This document shows positions 38,491 through 48,771 of a stretch of 64,000 nucleotides of DNA, piece by piece. Each line of letters starts with the position of its first letter. Positions within the stretch are counted from its first letter, which is position 1. Source of the DNA: Anaerohalosphaeraceae bacterium (lineage in GTDB: Bacteria; Planctomycetota; Phycisphaerae; Sedimentisphaerales; Anaerohalosphaeraceae); contig CAXXSL010000016.1 of the NCBI GenBank assembly GCA_963675525.2, forward strand, positions 640,001 through 704,000, in the 5' to 3' direction. Below the pieces are notes generated by a model. It was not told where the DNA came from. It made no database searches and worked only from the letters and a program-made list of their open reading frames with translations. A program made the position numbers and the translations under genes.

Positions 38491-41400
38491 TTATTGCACA
38501 AGACTCTGAATTTCCTGTTCTGTCAGCGCCGTATCATAGATCCGTACCTCGTCGATCAGGCCCTGGAAGTAACGGGGACCGCCGGCGGCTAAATACGCTC
38601 CGATCTTAACATCTTCAGCCGAACCGCTATTGATCGGCTCGTCCGCAAAGGAACTGATCGTTTCAAGCTGACCGTCAACATACAATTGAGCTTCCGCAAT
38701 ATCCGGGCTGCCGTCATCGGCGACCACAACGGCAACATGGTGCCAGGTGTCGTTATTGATGACGGTGGTGCCGATGATATTGCCGCCCTGGACTTCCGCG
38801 CGAAGCTGACCGCCTTCATTGACACGAATGACCCAGCGGCCGCCATCGTATTCTTCGCCCCATGTAATGATCTCACCGGAGACCGAAGCGGTTTTGATCC
38901 AGGCCATACAGGTGCGGCTGGCACCGCCGGGAATGCCTTGATAGCCGGACACTTCGACATAGTCGTTCGTGCCGTCAAAACTAAGGGCACCGCCGGAATG
39001 GCCCAAATCCCAGGCCGGAGCATTGACAAGCGTGCCTGGCCGCCAATAGATCGAATTATCGTATGCCGTATCGCCGCTTGTTTCGTTGAATTTCAAATGA
39101 AGCTGCAGGGCTTCATCACCCAGCCAATTATGGGCTAATACTGAGAAATCTGAAACGGTGACATCATCATCGCCATCCAGATCCGCGCCGTTACAGGCCG
39201 GGACATCCACACAATCCAGCGACAGCCATTGAGCCGCAAGGCCGGCCAGGTCTTCTGTGCCGCGGACGCCGGAATAGATATTGGCTACCTGAATCGTCAT
39301 CGTGGCAGTATCGGATAAACCGCCCGTATCTGTGACCCGAATTGTAAATGTATCCGTACCGGAAATTGAATCGGTCGGAACTCCGGAAAGCGTCCCGTCC
39401 GGTGCCACCGCCAGCCATTTAGGCCCGGAGTCTTTGCTGAAGGTCAGCGAACCACTTTCAGGATCACTTGCGTTATCGGCAAGTGTGCTGCTGTAAACAG
39501 TGCCCTCGGTCGCGTCAATCTCGTTAATAGGATGCGTAGTGAAAGACGGCGGCTCATTTATTGGCCCCCAAATTTGTGCTTCCCAAAAACCAAGCCAACC
39601 GCTGCCGTCGCTGTTATTGCCTGTCATTGTTACTTTAACATAACGGCCGCTGGTAGGTGTAAATGTCGTTTCCCAATAGCCGGTAGTCGTACTGGTACTG
39701 CCATTGAATACCTGAACGCCGTCAATCTCAATACGAATGGGATTCGTACGCGATGCACCATTGTAGAATTTCAGTTTAATTCGATCAATCTCAGATACGG
39801 ATCCAAGGTCGTATGTGATCCAGGCGTTCGCCACAGTACCATCATTGGCCCAGCGAGTATTTCGATTACGGTCATAGGAGTTCACTGCCGAATTACCCGT
39901 CTGTTCTGCACCTGCGTCAACACTTACAATGTCAAGAGGTGCTGCTACAAATTGAGCCGCTTGGTTGTTTGAGAGCAATTCCGCAATCTGACTGGCGCTT
40001 AGTGCATAATCAGCAATCATAACGTCATCAAGCATCCCGTCAAATAGCGGATCGGTGGACCACTGACTCTTACCGATGTAGTTGTTTTGAGGCATCATGT
40101 TCGATGGATTGTTCGTCATAGAGGTGCTCGATGCCGCCGGAGTGCCGTTCACATAAAGTGTTCCGGTGTTACCGCCCAAGGTAACCGCAACATGGGTCCA
40201 GGTTCCCGTTGGCAACGGGGAAGAGGCATACAGGTTCTGATAGGCGGCTGTGGTCTTAAATCCAAATCGCAAATTACCCCCTGAATTCGGAGACAGGAAC
40301 ATGTATTCCGTGGTACCGTTGCCAAAGTCGAAAATACGCTGCTGCTGGGTTCCGCCGTTCCAATAGACCCAGGCCGCGAATGTAAAGTCAGCGTCTTCAC
40401 CCATATGGGTCGGCAGTACCAGATAGTCATCGGCGCCATCCAGAACCATGGCATTGTCATTCTGGCCTGCCACCCGTTTAGGTGCTCCATAGACCAGCGG
40501 ATTGTTGCCGTTGCCGGAACTATCTCGGAAATCCGCGTCAAAGGAATAGATGGTGTTCGCACTTTTTCCCGAACCTGGAACTTCCTGCTGATAGCCGACC
40601 GGAGAGACTTGGTCGCGGTAAACTTCTCCGGCTTCGGTTGGCCAACCGTCATCCCACTCGACACGCCGCACGTCCTCCACCCAGTTATAGATCGCATATC
40701 GCTCAACCCATGGGGTGCTGTCAAGCATATCGATCATCGCACCAATGGTTGCGGCCTGCTGCGCATAAGTCGGATCGCCGCATCCGGTCCAGTTGGCGCC
40801 GTTGTTCCACTCAGTGATCCAGATAGGCCTGCCGGTTTGGTCGTGGACTGCCTTGAGGTAGTCATACATTTGCGTTGCCGCACCACTCGGGTTCGCAGGA
40901 TTATAGCACCAGTAATAGTGAACACTGACAAAGTCAACCCGCAAATCAGCTGCATCGGCCTGTTCCATAAACGGATACAACCAACTGCTTCGTCCCCCGT
41001 CAGTCGTCGCTGGCGAACCGACACGCAGTCCCGTGCCCAACAAATCCGGCCATGACCAAATAGCATCGCCTACGGAAATATTGGCTTCGAGCGTGTTATC
41101 CGGTTCGTTGTAGCCCAGCAGGTGGGAGGCTCCACGTGTCTGCCAGTTCTGTCCCAGACTGGGCCACCAACGCTCCTGACGTATAGGGACATACTCCTTG
41201 TCCAGGGTCGAGTTCTGGTCGAGGTTCCAGTTATACCACCACTTGATGTTCAGTTGAGAGCCAATGTTTCCTGCAATACCCTTCTTGCTGACCCATCGCC
41301 ATGGAAAAACGCGCACAAAGTTGATCTGGTCATTCAATTTTCCCGGAAGGACAGCAATTTCCAGATCGCAATCCTGTGCGACATAATTCTTGCTGTAGCC

Positions 41401-41973
41401 GGTTCCGTATATGGTCTGGGCAAATGTTGCGGTATATCCCCGCTTCAAAATAAAAGAACTGATCTCGTTGGCCATTGCCCCCAGGGACGTTGTATCGTAT
41501 TGGGTGTATTGGTTCAAGTATGCGGAACTTCCCTGAAAATTATCCTCGGTAAACACCTGCAACGGTTGAAAGGTCGAAGATTGGGGGATGACAACCGCTC
41601 CGGCGGCATATTCCACAACCCGAACATTGGTGTTCAGAACCGCATTTGCCCCACCGACCTTAATCTGACTTAGATAGGTAGAGTTCGCTACGGACGGCTT
41701 GATGCCTTCCAGGAAGAAAAAAGAATCCACCGAGTTGAGATTGATCGTACAGCCGGATATCGGAGTCGTTGTATTGGTGACATGCAATTCCGAAACGCCG
41801 TTCATATTCACGACATCACCAGTCAAACTGGTATAGGTCTGGACGTCATCGACGATATTGATCGTGGCCGCCTTTGCCGTAAATGGCAGCAAAATCATAA
41901 AAGCAACTATGCCATATTTTACTAATGTTTGGTGAACCGGTTTTTGCGAATTCTTTATGACAATTTTATGCAT
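38491..41973 (-). CDS. Secreted GH128-like (Glyco_hydro_cc) glycanase + LamG + F5/8 + cadherin/Ig + dockerin + LamG
   Basis: WWYNW, LLGYNEPD, DFVSVHYY and PIWITEW GH128-type motifs; signal peptide ending in AKA. Confidence 0.85.
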   Translation of the reverse strand: MHKIVIKNSQKPVHQTLVKYGIVAFMILLPFTAKAATINIVDDVQTYTSLTGDVVNMNGVSELHVTNTTTPISGCTINLNSVDSFFFLEGIKPSVANSTYLSQIKVGGANAVLNTNVRVVEYAAGAVVIPQSSTFQPLQVFTEDNFQGSSAYLNQYTQYDTTSLGAMANEISSFILKRGYTATFAQTIYGTGYSKNYVAQDCDLEIAVLPGKLNDQINFVRVFPWRWVSKKGIAGNIGSQLNIKWWYNWNLDQNSTLDKEYVPIRQERWWPSLGQNWQTRGASHLLGYNEPDNTLEANISVGDAIWSWPDLLGTGLRVGSPATTDGGRSSWLYPFMEQADAADLRVDFVSVHYYWCYNPANPSGAATQMYDYLKAVHDQTGRPIWITEWNNGANWTGCGDPTYAQQAATIGAMIDMLDSTPWVERYAIYNWVEDVRRVEWDDGWPTEAGEVYRDQVSPVGYQQEVPGSGKSANTIYSFDADFRDSSGNGNNPLVYGAPKRVAGQNDNAMVLDGADDYLVLPTHMGEDADFTFAAWVYWNGGTQQQRIFDFGNGTTEYMFLSPNSGGNLRFGFKTTAAYQNLYASSPLPTGTWTHVAVTLGGNTGTLYVNGTPAASSTSMTNNPSNMMPQNNYIGKSQWSTDPLFDGMLDDVMIADYALSASQIAELLSNNQAAQFVAAPLDIVSVDAGAEQTGNSAVNSYDRNRNTRWANDGTVANAWITYDLGSVSEIDRIKLKFYNGASRTNPIRIEIDGVQVFNGSTSTTTGYWETTFTPTSGRYVKVTMTGNNSDGSGWLGFWEAQIWGPINEPPSFTTHPINEIDATEGTVYSSTLADNASDPESGSLTFSKDSGPKWLAVAPDGTLSGVPTDSISGTDTFTIRVTDTGGLSDTATMTIQVANIYSGVRGTEDLAGLAAQWLSLDCVDVPACNGADLDGDDDVTVSDFSVLAHNWLGDEALQLHLKFNETSGDTAYDNSIYWRPGTLVNAPAWDLGHSGGALSFDGTNDYVEVSGYQGIPGGASRTCMAWIKTASVSGEIITWGEEYDGGRWVIRVNEGGQLRAEVQGGNIIGTTVINNDTWHHVAVVVADDGSPDIAEAQLYVDGQLETISSFADEPINSGSAEDVKIGAYLAAGGPRYFQGLIDEVRIYDTALTEQEIQSLVQ
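38509..39330. repeat. Direct repeat copy 2 of the dockerin-LamG module
   Basis: See 34780-35600. Confidence 0.85.
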
Positions 41974-42451
41974 TTCAGACCCTTTTTTGTTTGATAATCA
42001 ACCATGGCTAATTCAACTTTGCCTATCCCTCTTATAGAATGACCAAAAACCAAATTATTAAACATAAAATCGCCAAATAGCATCAAAAATTCCTTTAACA
42101 CGGGGTTATACTCATCGTGCATAGTAATCTACGATTTTTGTATCTTTTTGTTGTCATTACAGATAAATAAGCAACATTGACATTTTCTGTATCTATTAGC
42201 GAACAAAGCTGTGGTTCCGTGTGGAGTTTGTCCGCCACTGGGTTCAGCAATTTACACAGTGACTGTCCTCAAGGAAGATACAAGAACGCCCCCTTAATAG
42301 CTTCATTATACCATTTTCAAACTCAAAAAGCAATTTTTTTATCGCTTTATTATAGGACGTCAAGGCGGTTCACAGTGCGGATTATGGGCCTGTAAAAAGC
42401 CATTCGGTAGATAAGTCAGAAAACCCGGATGATAATAGCATGAAATAAGAA

Positions 42452-42480
42452 GGAACAAAGCCCGTCTTGGGCTTTGTTCC
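42452..42480 (-). terminator. Hairpin GGAACAAAGCCC-N5-GGGCTTTGTTCC downstream of galM
   Basis: Perfect 12-bp stem, T-rich on the minus-strand 3' side. Confidence 0.65.
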
Positions 42481-42547
42481 ACTGTTTTATAGTCCTTTGG
42501 GGGTACTAAATACGGCCCCAAAAAGCTGTTTGAAGGCCATTGCTGCC

Positions 42548-43714
42548 TTATTTTGCAGAGAATTTATGAACAGTCGTTGTTGCGTATTTCTCTCCGGGAC
42601 GCAGCGTCGTTGTCGGAAAGCCGGGCTTATTGGGAGAATCCGGATAATGCTGGGTTTCCAGACAGAACCCGTAACGGTGATTGTAGACTTTACCCTCTTT
42701 GCCGGTCAGTGTGCCATCAAGGAAGTTGCCCGCATAGAACTGGAGACCGGGTTCGTTGGTATAAATCTTCATGATGCGTCCGGTTGTGGGCTCATAAACC
42801 TTCGCTGCCAGTGACATTTTGCTGCCCTTTTTGTTCAGGACCCAGTTGTGGTCGTACCCCAGACCGTACTCAAGTTGGGTATCGTCATTATTAATGCGGG
42901 CGCCAATGGCTGTCGATTTGGTAAAGTCAAACGGCGTTCCCGCCACCGGAGCGATCTGGCCGGTGGTGATCAGGCCAGAATCGACGGGTGTATAGGTGTC
43001 GGCATTGATCATGAGCTTGTGGCCGAGGATGTCGCCGTTGCCCTGGCCGGCAAGGTTGTAATAGTTGTGGTTGGTCAGATTGCACACGGTCGGCTTATCC
43101 GTGGTGGCTTCATAATGGATCTTCAGTTCGTCTTTATTGGTCAGCGTATAAGTAACCGTCATATCCAGATTGCCGGGGTAGCCTTCTTCCATATCCTTGC
43201 TGAGATAGTGCAGTTTGAGGCCGACGCTGCTGCTCGACTTGACAGGTTCGGCATCCCAGACGACTTTGTCAAAACCTTTCAGCCCGCCGTGCAAATGATT
43301 TTCATCGTTATTGGCAGCCAGCGTATACTCTTTGCCGTCGAGGGTGAATTTACCCTTGCCAATGCGGTTGCCGTAGCGGCCGATCAGGCAGCCGAAATAC
43401 GGGCTTTTTTCTTCATAGTCTTTGACATTGTCAAATCCGAGGAGAATATCGCCCAGTTTGCCGTCACGGTCCGGAACCCACAACTCGGTGACGGTTCCGC
43501 CGTAGTTGGTAATTTTAGCAACAAGACCGTTTGCATTGGTCAGCGTGTAAAGATCGGCCTTTTGGCCGTCTTTGGTTGTTCCGAAGTCAGCTTTTGTGAT
43601 GCTCATTGTTGCGCTTTTTGTCTTTGAATGGCTAAGACACTTACACCCCGTTAGAAAAACAAGCAAGCATACCAGGGTTACAAAAACAATGTGTTGAAAA
43701 TGGTTCTTTTTCAT
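42548..43714 (-). CDS. galM: Aldose 1-epimerase with a lipoprotein signal
   Basis: GRYGNRI, HLHGG, EGYPG, NLTNH.YYNL, GYDHNW and CLETQHYPDSPN; lipobox LTGC. Confidence 0.93.
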   Translation of the reverse strand: MKKNHFQHIVFVTLVCLLVFLTGCKCLSHSKTKSATMSITKADFGTTKDGQKADLYTLTNANGLVAKITNYGGTVTELWVPDRDGKLGDILLGFDNVKDYEEKSPYFGCLIGRYGNRIGKGKFTLDGKEYTLAANNDENHLHGGLKGFDKVVWDAEPVKSSSSVGLKLHYLSKDMEEGYPGNLDMTVTYTLTNKDELKIHYEATTDKPTVCNLTNHNYYNLAGQGNGDILGHKLMINADTYTPVDSGLITTGQIAPVAGTPFDFTKSTAIGARINNDDTQLEYGLGYDHNWVLNKKGSKMSLAAKVYEPTTGRIMKIYTNEPGLQFYAGNFLDGTLTGKEGKVYNHRYGFCLETQHYPDSPNKPGFPTTTLRPGEKYATTTVHKFSAK

Positions 43715-43963
43715 GGCTTTGTCTCCTGTGTTTAAAATCTCTTTTTTCCTGTATCCGGTCATTAGAGTCCCATCGCTAAGGATCATATACGTTTAGCATA
43801 ACCGGTTTTTATCCAATGAGCAAGTAGTGATTGATCGATAAAATCAAAAACATTTCCAGGTCGTTTTGAAGTCGGAGGGGGTTGCAGGGATGCATTTTTC
43901 CCCTCGAATCGCCGCGGCCGGAGGATACAGTGTTTGCTGCCCCGCTCCACTAACAAACGCAAT

Positions 43964-44000
43964 AAAAAAGGCCGGACCCTGGTTATAGGGCCCGGCTTTT
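43964..44000 (-). terminator. Rho-independent terminator after GH2
   Basis: GC-rich stem GCCGGACCCT/AGGGCCCGGC with a poly-T run on the minus strand. Confidence 0.75.
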
Positions 44001-44029
44001 GTAAACTCGTATAACTGCTCTTTTATGTA

Positions 44030-46591
44030 TTATCTGGTTTTTACCAGAACGACATAGTCAAGCGTTTGCCCAGGAATAACTACACTATCACCGGCCTCGA
44101 CCGTACGGCTCATTAATCCGTAATCGCCCAACCAGAGACTATGCCGGCGCCAAGTGCCTTTAATACCGGTATCTTTAAAGCCGGTCTTTTCAAGGCTATC
44201 CTGAAATGCTTTCGCCGTTTTTATCAAAGCGTCATAGGGCTTATCAAGTGTATGAGCCGGGAATGTGCCGGTTTCGTACATCACATACACGGTTGCCGGT
44301 CTTGTCACACGGAAACCCAAATCGGTTTTATTCTTTTCGTCGCTAAGTCGCTTGGTAGCGATCCAGAAAGCCCCCTCGACTGGTTTTGGAAGAACATCAA
44401 ATGTATTATCGGACGAGCCGTCAACTTCGGTATAAAACGGGCCTTGAGATTCAACCGGGCGGTCGATGAAGATAGCCGGATTGTTCTCATTGGAGCTCTT
44501 TAAATCCACCACAAGACTGTCTTTGGGAACCGGCATTGCGCCATCGGAAGCCTTTTGATAAATGACCATCGATTCGGAATTGCCCTGATTGTCCCGCACT
44601 TCAACAACGTTTTTGCCCGGACTCAGAGTCGCTTTCCAGAAAAACACATTGTTGATCATAGGCCCCTTAACAACCTGGTCTTTATCCTTCACTTTCATCG
44701 TCGAATCAGAATGTGCATAGTCGCCGTTCTTCTTGACACCCTGAGAAACCCCATTGATGAACAGTTCCACTTCTTTTGCGTTGGAATAGGCCTTAATACC
44801 ATTGTCCGGGTCGAACTGACGATAAAAATGGTGCCGTCCGCAAAGATGCAGAACCGGGTCATCCGGACGCATGAAAGAACGATAGTGATAATAAAAATCT
44901 TTGGGCATTCCGTTGAGCGTAAGGATGCCCTTGGTGTTTCGATTCTTTTTAAACTTTAAATTGTAAAATTCACGGTAATTCCACCACAGAAACATCTTAT
45001 GTGCGGAAGGATTATTGCGGAAGATCGTTTGGAAACGGAATTCCGCAACAAGCTCGTTGTATTCTTCCGGCTCAAACCAGTCAACGTTCCAGCGTATCGT
45101 TCCATAAGGAATGTGATGAGTGATCCATGACCCCGAACCGGTTTCCGAGATAAAGGCATTCTGTGGAAGTTTCTTAAAGCTTGTGTAATGATCATAATAC
45201 CAGCCCTGATAGGTATTGCCGGCGACAAAATCGACATTGGTCGGCGTCTCACCCGCCGAAGCATAGGTGATCAGACGACTCTTATCTTCCTGGCGAATGA
45301 TGTCCGCATAATGAGAGGCCACTTCCTGATACGTTTCATTGCCGCTGCTCCAGAATACAATACTGGGATGGTTCCAGTTCTGGCGAACCATTTCGCGGGT
45401 GATGCGTTCGCCGTCAGCATTGGGTTTGGTTTCGCGCTTAACCCCTTTATCCCACTTCTGTCCGGCCAGGCCGTTTTCCGCCCAAATAGCAATGCCGTTT
45501 TCATCGGCCAGATTGTATTCAAAGCGGCGGTGCGGATAGTGAGCCAGACGTACAGTATTGCAGCCCAGATCCATTATGCCTTTCCACTCGTCAAGGAAAT
45601 CTTCATCGGTCATCGCGTTCCACTGATGTTCACCCTGATGATGTTTACAAACGCCGCGAGCCAGCAGTTCTTTGCCATTGATCAAGAAGCACCCGTCTTT
45701 CATTTCGACTGTACGAAAACCCGTCCGCTCGGTCAGGGCGTCCACAATCTTTCCATCGACCAGCACTTTCGTTTGAACGGTGTACAGGTTGGACTGTTGA
45801 ATATTCCATAACTTGGGGGAGGCGATCACATGCGTCGCCGTCACAGGTTCGGTTGTCCCGCCGGCAATCGTGCTTTTAACATCGAATGCAGCACATTCCT
45901 TTCCGTCCGGTCCCGTCACGGTATGGCGTACCACGATATCGGCAACACCCACAAGATTATTTCTCACATACGTCTTCACTTCCAGGTCAACGCTGTTCTT
46001 GGTAATGTTTTTCGGTGTCAGGTAAACACCGGTCGATCCCATGTCCGGGAAAATGTGCACCGCACCCGTCTTGATAAGCCACACAGGACGGTAAAGCCCG
46101 CCGTTCGTATAATAAAGGTTGGACTGGGATAAACAATTGACTGCTTCAGTGTCACGATTGGTCACACGGATCACCAGGTCATTGTCCTGTCCGAATTTTA
46201 CGGCATCTGTCAGGTCGAATGCTGCCGCGGTAAAGGCTCCCTTATGTTGCCCGACATGCTGACCATTCACAAAAACATCCGCAACCGAACCGGCACCCTC
46301 TAAAAACAGACCGAAGCGTTTATCTTTTTCGGTTTCCTCTGCCTTCAACGTTGTGCGATACCAGCCGGCGGATTGCTCCGGCAGTCCGGAAAGCCGAAAG
46401 ACATGAGGAATGCTCAATTCGGTCCACTCGGCTTCCTGAGGAATCACCAACTCCGATCCTTCCGGGGAAGTATCCTGACAAAACTGCCATGTCTCAAGAC
46501 CGATTTTTTCTCGAGGTTCAACCGCATCCAGGCGGCTGCACCCAAAACACAAGCTTAATACAGCCAACAATAAGACGTATAAATTCTTCAT
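44030..46591 (-). CDS. GH2 glycoside hydrolase (beta-galactosidase/glucuronidase-like), lipoprotein
   Basis: GGLYRPV, RLAHYPH, NHPSIVFWSSGNE and ISETG; lipobox CFGC. Confidence 0.9.
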   Translation of the reverse strand: MKNLYVLLLAVLSLCFGCSRLDAVEPREKIGLETWQFCQDTSPEGSELVIPQEAEWTELSIPHVFRLSGLPEQSAGWYRTTLKAEETEKDKRFGLFLEGAGSVADVFVNGQHVGQHKGAFTAAAFDLTDAVKFGQDNDLVIRVTNRDTEAVNCLSQSNLYYTNGGLYRPVWLIKTGAVHIFPDMGSTGVYLTPKNITKNSVDLEVKTYVRNNLVGVADIVVRHTVTGPDGKECAAFDVKSTIAGGTTEPVTATHVIASPKLWNIQQSNLYTVQTKVLVDGKIVDALTERTGFRTVEMKDGCFLINGKELLARGVCKHHQGEHQWNAMTDEDFLDEWKGIMDLGCNTVRLAHYPHRRFEYNLADENGIAIWAENGLAGQKWDKGVKRETKPNADGERITREMVRQNWNHPSIVFWSSGNETYQEVASHYADIIRQEDKSRLITYASAGETPTNVDFVAGNTYQGWYYDHYTSFKKLPQNAFISETGSGSWITHHIPYGTIRWNVDWFEPEEYNELVAEFRFQTIFRNNPSAHKMFLWWNYREFYNLKFKKNRNTKGILTLNGMPKDFYYHYRSFMRPDDPVLHLCGRHHFYRQFDPDNGIKAYSNAKEVELFINGVSQGVKKNGDYAHSDSTMKVKDKDQVVKGPMINNVFFWKATLSPGKNVVEVRDNQGNSESMVIYQKASDGAMPVPKDSLVVDLKSSNENNPAIFIDRPVESQGPFYTEVDGSSDNTFDVLPKPVEGAFWIATKRLSDEKNKTDLGFRVTRPATVYVMYETGTFPAHTLDKPYDALIKTAKAFQDSLEKTGFKDTGIKGTWRRHSLWLGDYGLMSRTVEAGDSVVIPGQTLDYVVLVKTR

Positions 46592-46970
46592 ACCGGACTC
46601 CCTTGTAAAATCTAAGATAATAAGATGTAAATAAACCGTACTGTTAAGATAAATTCCTCTGAACAAACTATCCGTTATTCCTAATTATTCAGAAACCGCC
46701 GGTTCTCTGAGTTGGTACAAGGATATGAAATTCATGACAAAATGCAAGCCCTTTTGAACAAAACACCGGTTTTTTAAATGATATTGCATATCGCCGCTTT
46801 TAGCTTGCGGGCTTTATCTCAGCATCTTCAGGAAGTTTATACCTTCCGTCTTTATATTGATTCTTCTCGTTCCACATCCAGACGGTGGCGGGGATCAGCG
46901 GTTGAAGCCGGTCGGTGTTTTAAGGGTTATTGGCGAAGGAATATGCAGTTATTGAAGGCGTGTAGGCCGT

Positions 46971-47004
46971 AAAAAAAGACAGCCGGGGGTGACCGGCTGT
47001 CTTT
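46971..47004 (-). terminator. Rho-independent terminator of the rhamnose operon
   Basis: AAAGACAGCCGG/CCGGCTGTCTTT stem with a T7 run on the minus strand. Confidence 0.85.
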
Positions 47005-47031
47005 GTCGCATTGTTAATATACATTCGGCTG

Positions 47032-47214
47032 TTATTCGGCGGCTTTTTCCTCACGCCACATCCAGAGGGGGGCTGCAATGAACCAGAGGACGGTTGCTAC
47101 CAGCATGATGGTTTTGACGGTGTCCAGTGTCATTTTGTCCGCCAAATATAATATTGACGGAACGATCAGTACTACCAGCATCAGCAATGCGAAAGATTTA
47201 GCAAAGTGTCTCAT
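47032..47214 (-). CDS. Small two-TM membrane protein
   Basis: Two hydrophobic helices; directly follows the permease. Confidence 0.7.
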   Translation of the reverse strand: MRHFAKSFALLMLVVLIVPSILYLADKMTLDTVKTIMLVATVLWFIAAPLWMWREEKAAE

Positions 47215-47226
47215 TTTTATCATCCT

Positions 47227-48732
47227 TTATTGAATAGCGGGACGGATTTTCTTTTGGTAGAAAATACTCAGTACAATGTACAGGGCCGCCGTCATAAACC
47301 AACCCGGCAGCGATACGAAATAAATCTGGATGGTGAAGGTATCTTTGAGCCACTGAACCCTGTCACCATCGGTCAGGATGTTCCACTGAACCAGCAAATC
47401 GACAATCACGCTGAACTTAACCAGAATAATACATACGATCAAAGTAACAAAGTAGGCAAAGAAAGCTGCCATGTTAAATTTCTTGCCGCTTAATTCGGCA
47501 TACCCGCTCTTGAGGCCCAACTTTTTAATAAGCCAGAAATCGATGAAGATAATCGCCCCCATCGGCATCAGCAACAGTCCGTAAAACGCCACAAAATCCA
47601 GCAGTTTCATCGCAAACCATGGGAACATCGCGGCGACTGTAGCGATCAGCCCGGTGATGAGCGTTACGATGAAGCGGGAGGTTTTCGGGATAATCGCCTG
47701 AAACGCCAGACCCGCCCGATAGATCGTGGGGTTGGCGGTGGTCCAGCCGGCGATGATGACGCAAATTAAGCCCGCGATACCGCAGGCACGATAAGCCAGC
47801 GGCCCCGGCAGCACGGACGTGTCGGATGGATCCAGGTGAAGCTGATAGGCGAACAGGATTGAAGCGGATATCCATGCCATGAAGTGACCGACGTACATGC
47901 CCGCCCCGGAGGCAATTGAGTACCAGCTCTTTTTGGCAAATCGCAGAACCGACAAATCACTCATCCCGATGTGCATCGCCATATTGCAGAACCAACCGAA
48001 GAACATCACATGCCAGAAGGTGAACTTGACCTGTCCTTCGAGCGGCTCGCCGCCTTTCCACATATGCGTTTGTGCCAACGACCACAGGTCGCCCACTGAA
48101 TGAATCTCGGTACCGGTAGCGGTCATAAAATTGCGAAGGCCCACAAAACCGAATGCCAGGAACACCAGTACCATCCACGGCGCGGCGATATTGGCAAATC
48201 GGGCCACGATTCGGTAACCGGCGGCTGCAACCACGGCGATTAGTGAACCGGCAGCAAACACCGCGAGCACCCAGCCGACACTGTTCGGATAGTAATCCGT
48301 CAGCCCGGGCATGGGAAATTTAAACCAAACACCGATTGCGGTTGCCGAGACGGTAATCATGGCACCTGCTAAGAAGCAGAACATCACACCGTTGGCCAGA
48401 TTATACAGAATGACAAGATGTCGACCACAGATTTTTTCGGCTTGATAGTACATAGTCAGTCTTGCACGCGTGGCGATGGGGGCACACACCAGCATCCAGC
48501 TCAGGACGGCCAGTGCATTACCGACCAGCAGGCCGACGATCAGGTCAAATGCACTGACGCCGGCGGCCACGAAGAGGGGGCCAAGCATCAGTTCGGTTCC
48601 GGCACAGTGCTCCCCGGCATACATACCGACGAAACTTTTAAAGCCGAGCAGCGCGTTTTGCGGTACGGGCTGGCGTTCAAATTCGCCGGTTGCCTGCTGC
48701 TGACTCTGTTCTGCCTGCGATTCCTGTGACAT
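47227..48732 (-). CDS. NCS1/purine-cytosine permease-like transporter in the rhamnose operon
   Basis: EFERQPVP, GEHCAGTE, AGWTTANPTIY; about 12 TM. Confidence 0.8.
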   Translation of the reverse strand: MSQESQAEQSQQQATGEFERQPVPQNALLGFKSFVGMYAGEHCAGTELMLGPLFVAAGVSAFDLIVGLLVGNALAVLSWMLVCAPIATRARLTMYYQAEKICGRHLVILYNLANGVMFCFLAGAMITVSATAIGVWFKFPMPGLTDYYPNSVGWVLAVFAAGSLIAVVAAAGYRIVARFANIAAPWMVLVFLAFGFVGLRNFMTATGTEIHSVGDLWSLAQTHMWKGGEPLEGQVKFTFWHVMFFGWFCNMAMHIGMSDLSVLRFAKKSWYSIASGAGMYVGHFMAWISASILFAYQLHLDPSDTSVLPGPLAYRACGIAGLICVIIAGWTTANPTIYRAGLAFQAIIPKTSRFIVTLITGLIATVAAMFPWFAMKLLDFVAFYGLLLMPMGAIIFIDFWLIKKLGLKSGYAELSGKKFNMAAFFAYFVTLIVCIILVKFSVIVDLLVQWNILTDGDRVQWLKDTFTIQIYFVSLPGWFMTAALYIVLSIFYQKKIRPAIQ

Positions 48733-48771
48733 TTTAGATCCTCCAATGAGTTTTTTGAATCCTGTTTTTAA

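Noticed and set aside
34780..39330. Direct repeats as IS or transposon ends
   Set aside because: The repeats are in-frame protein-coding modules; no transposase or terminal inverted repeats
41974..42450. Possible sRNA or small ORF in the long intergenic region
   Set aside because: No recognisable RNA motif, RBS-supported ORF or structure beyond the galM terminator
42848..43627. 259-aa plus-strand ORF
   Set aside because: Antisense shadow of galM
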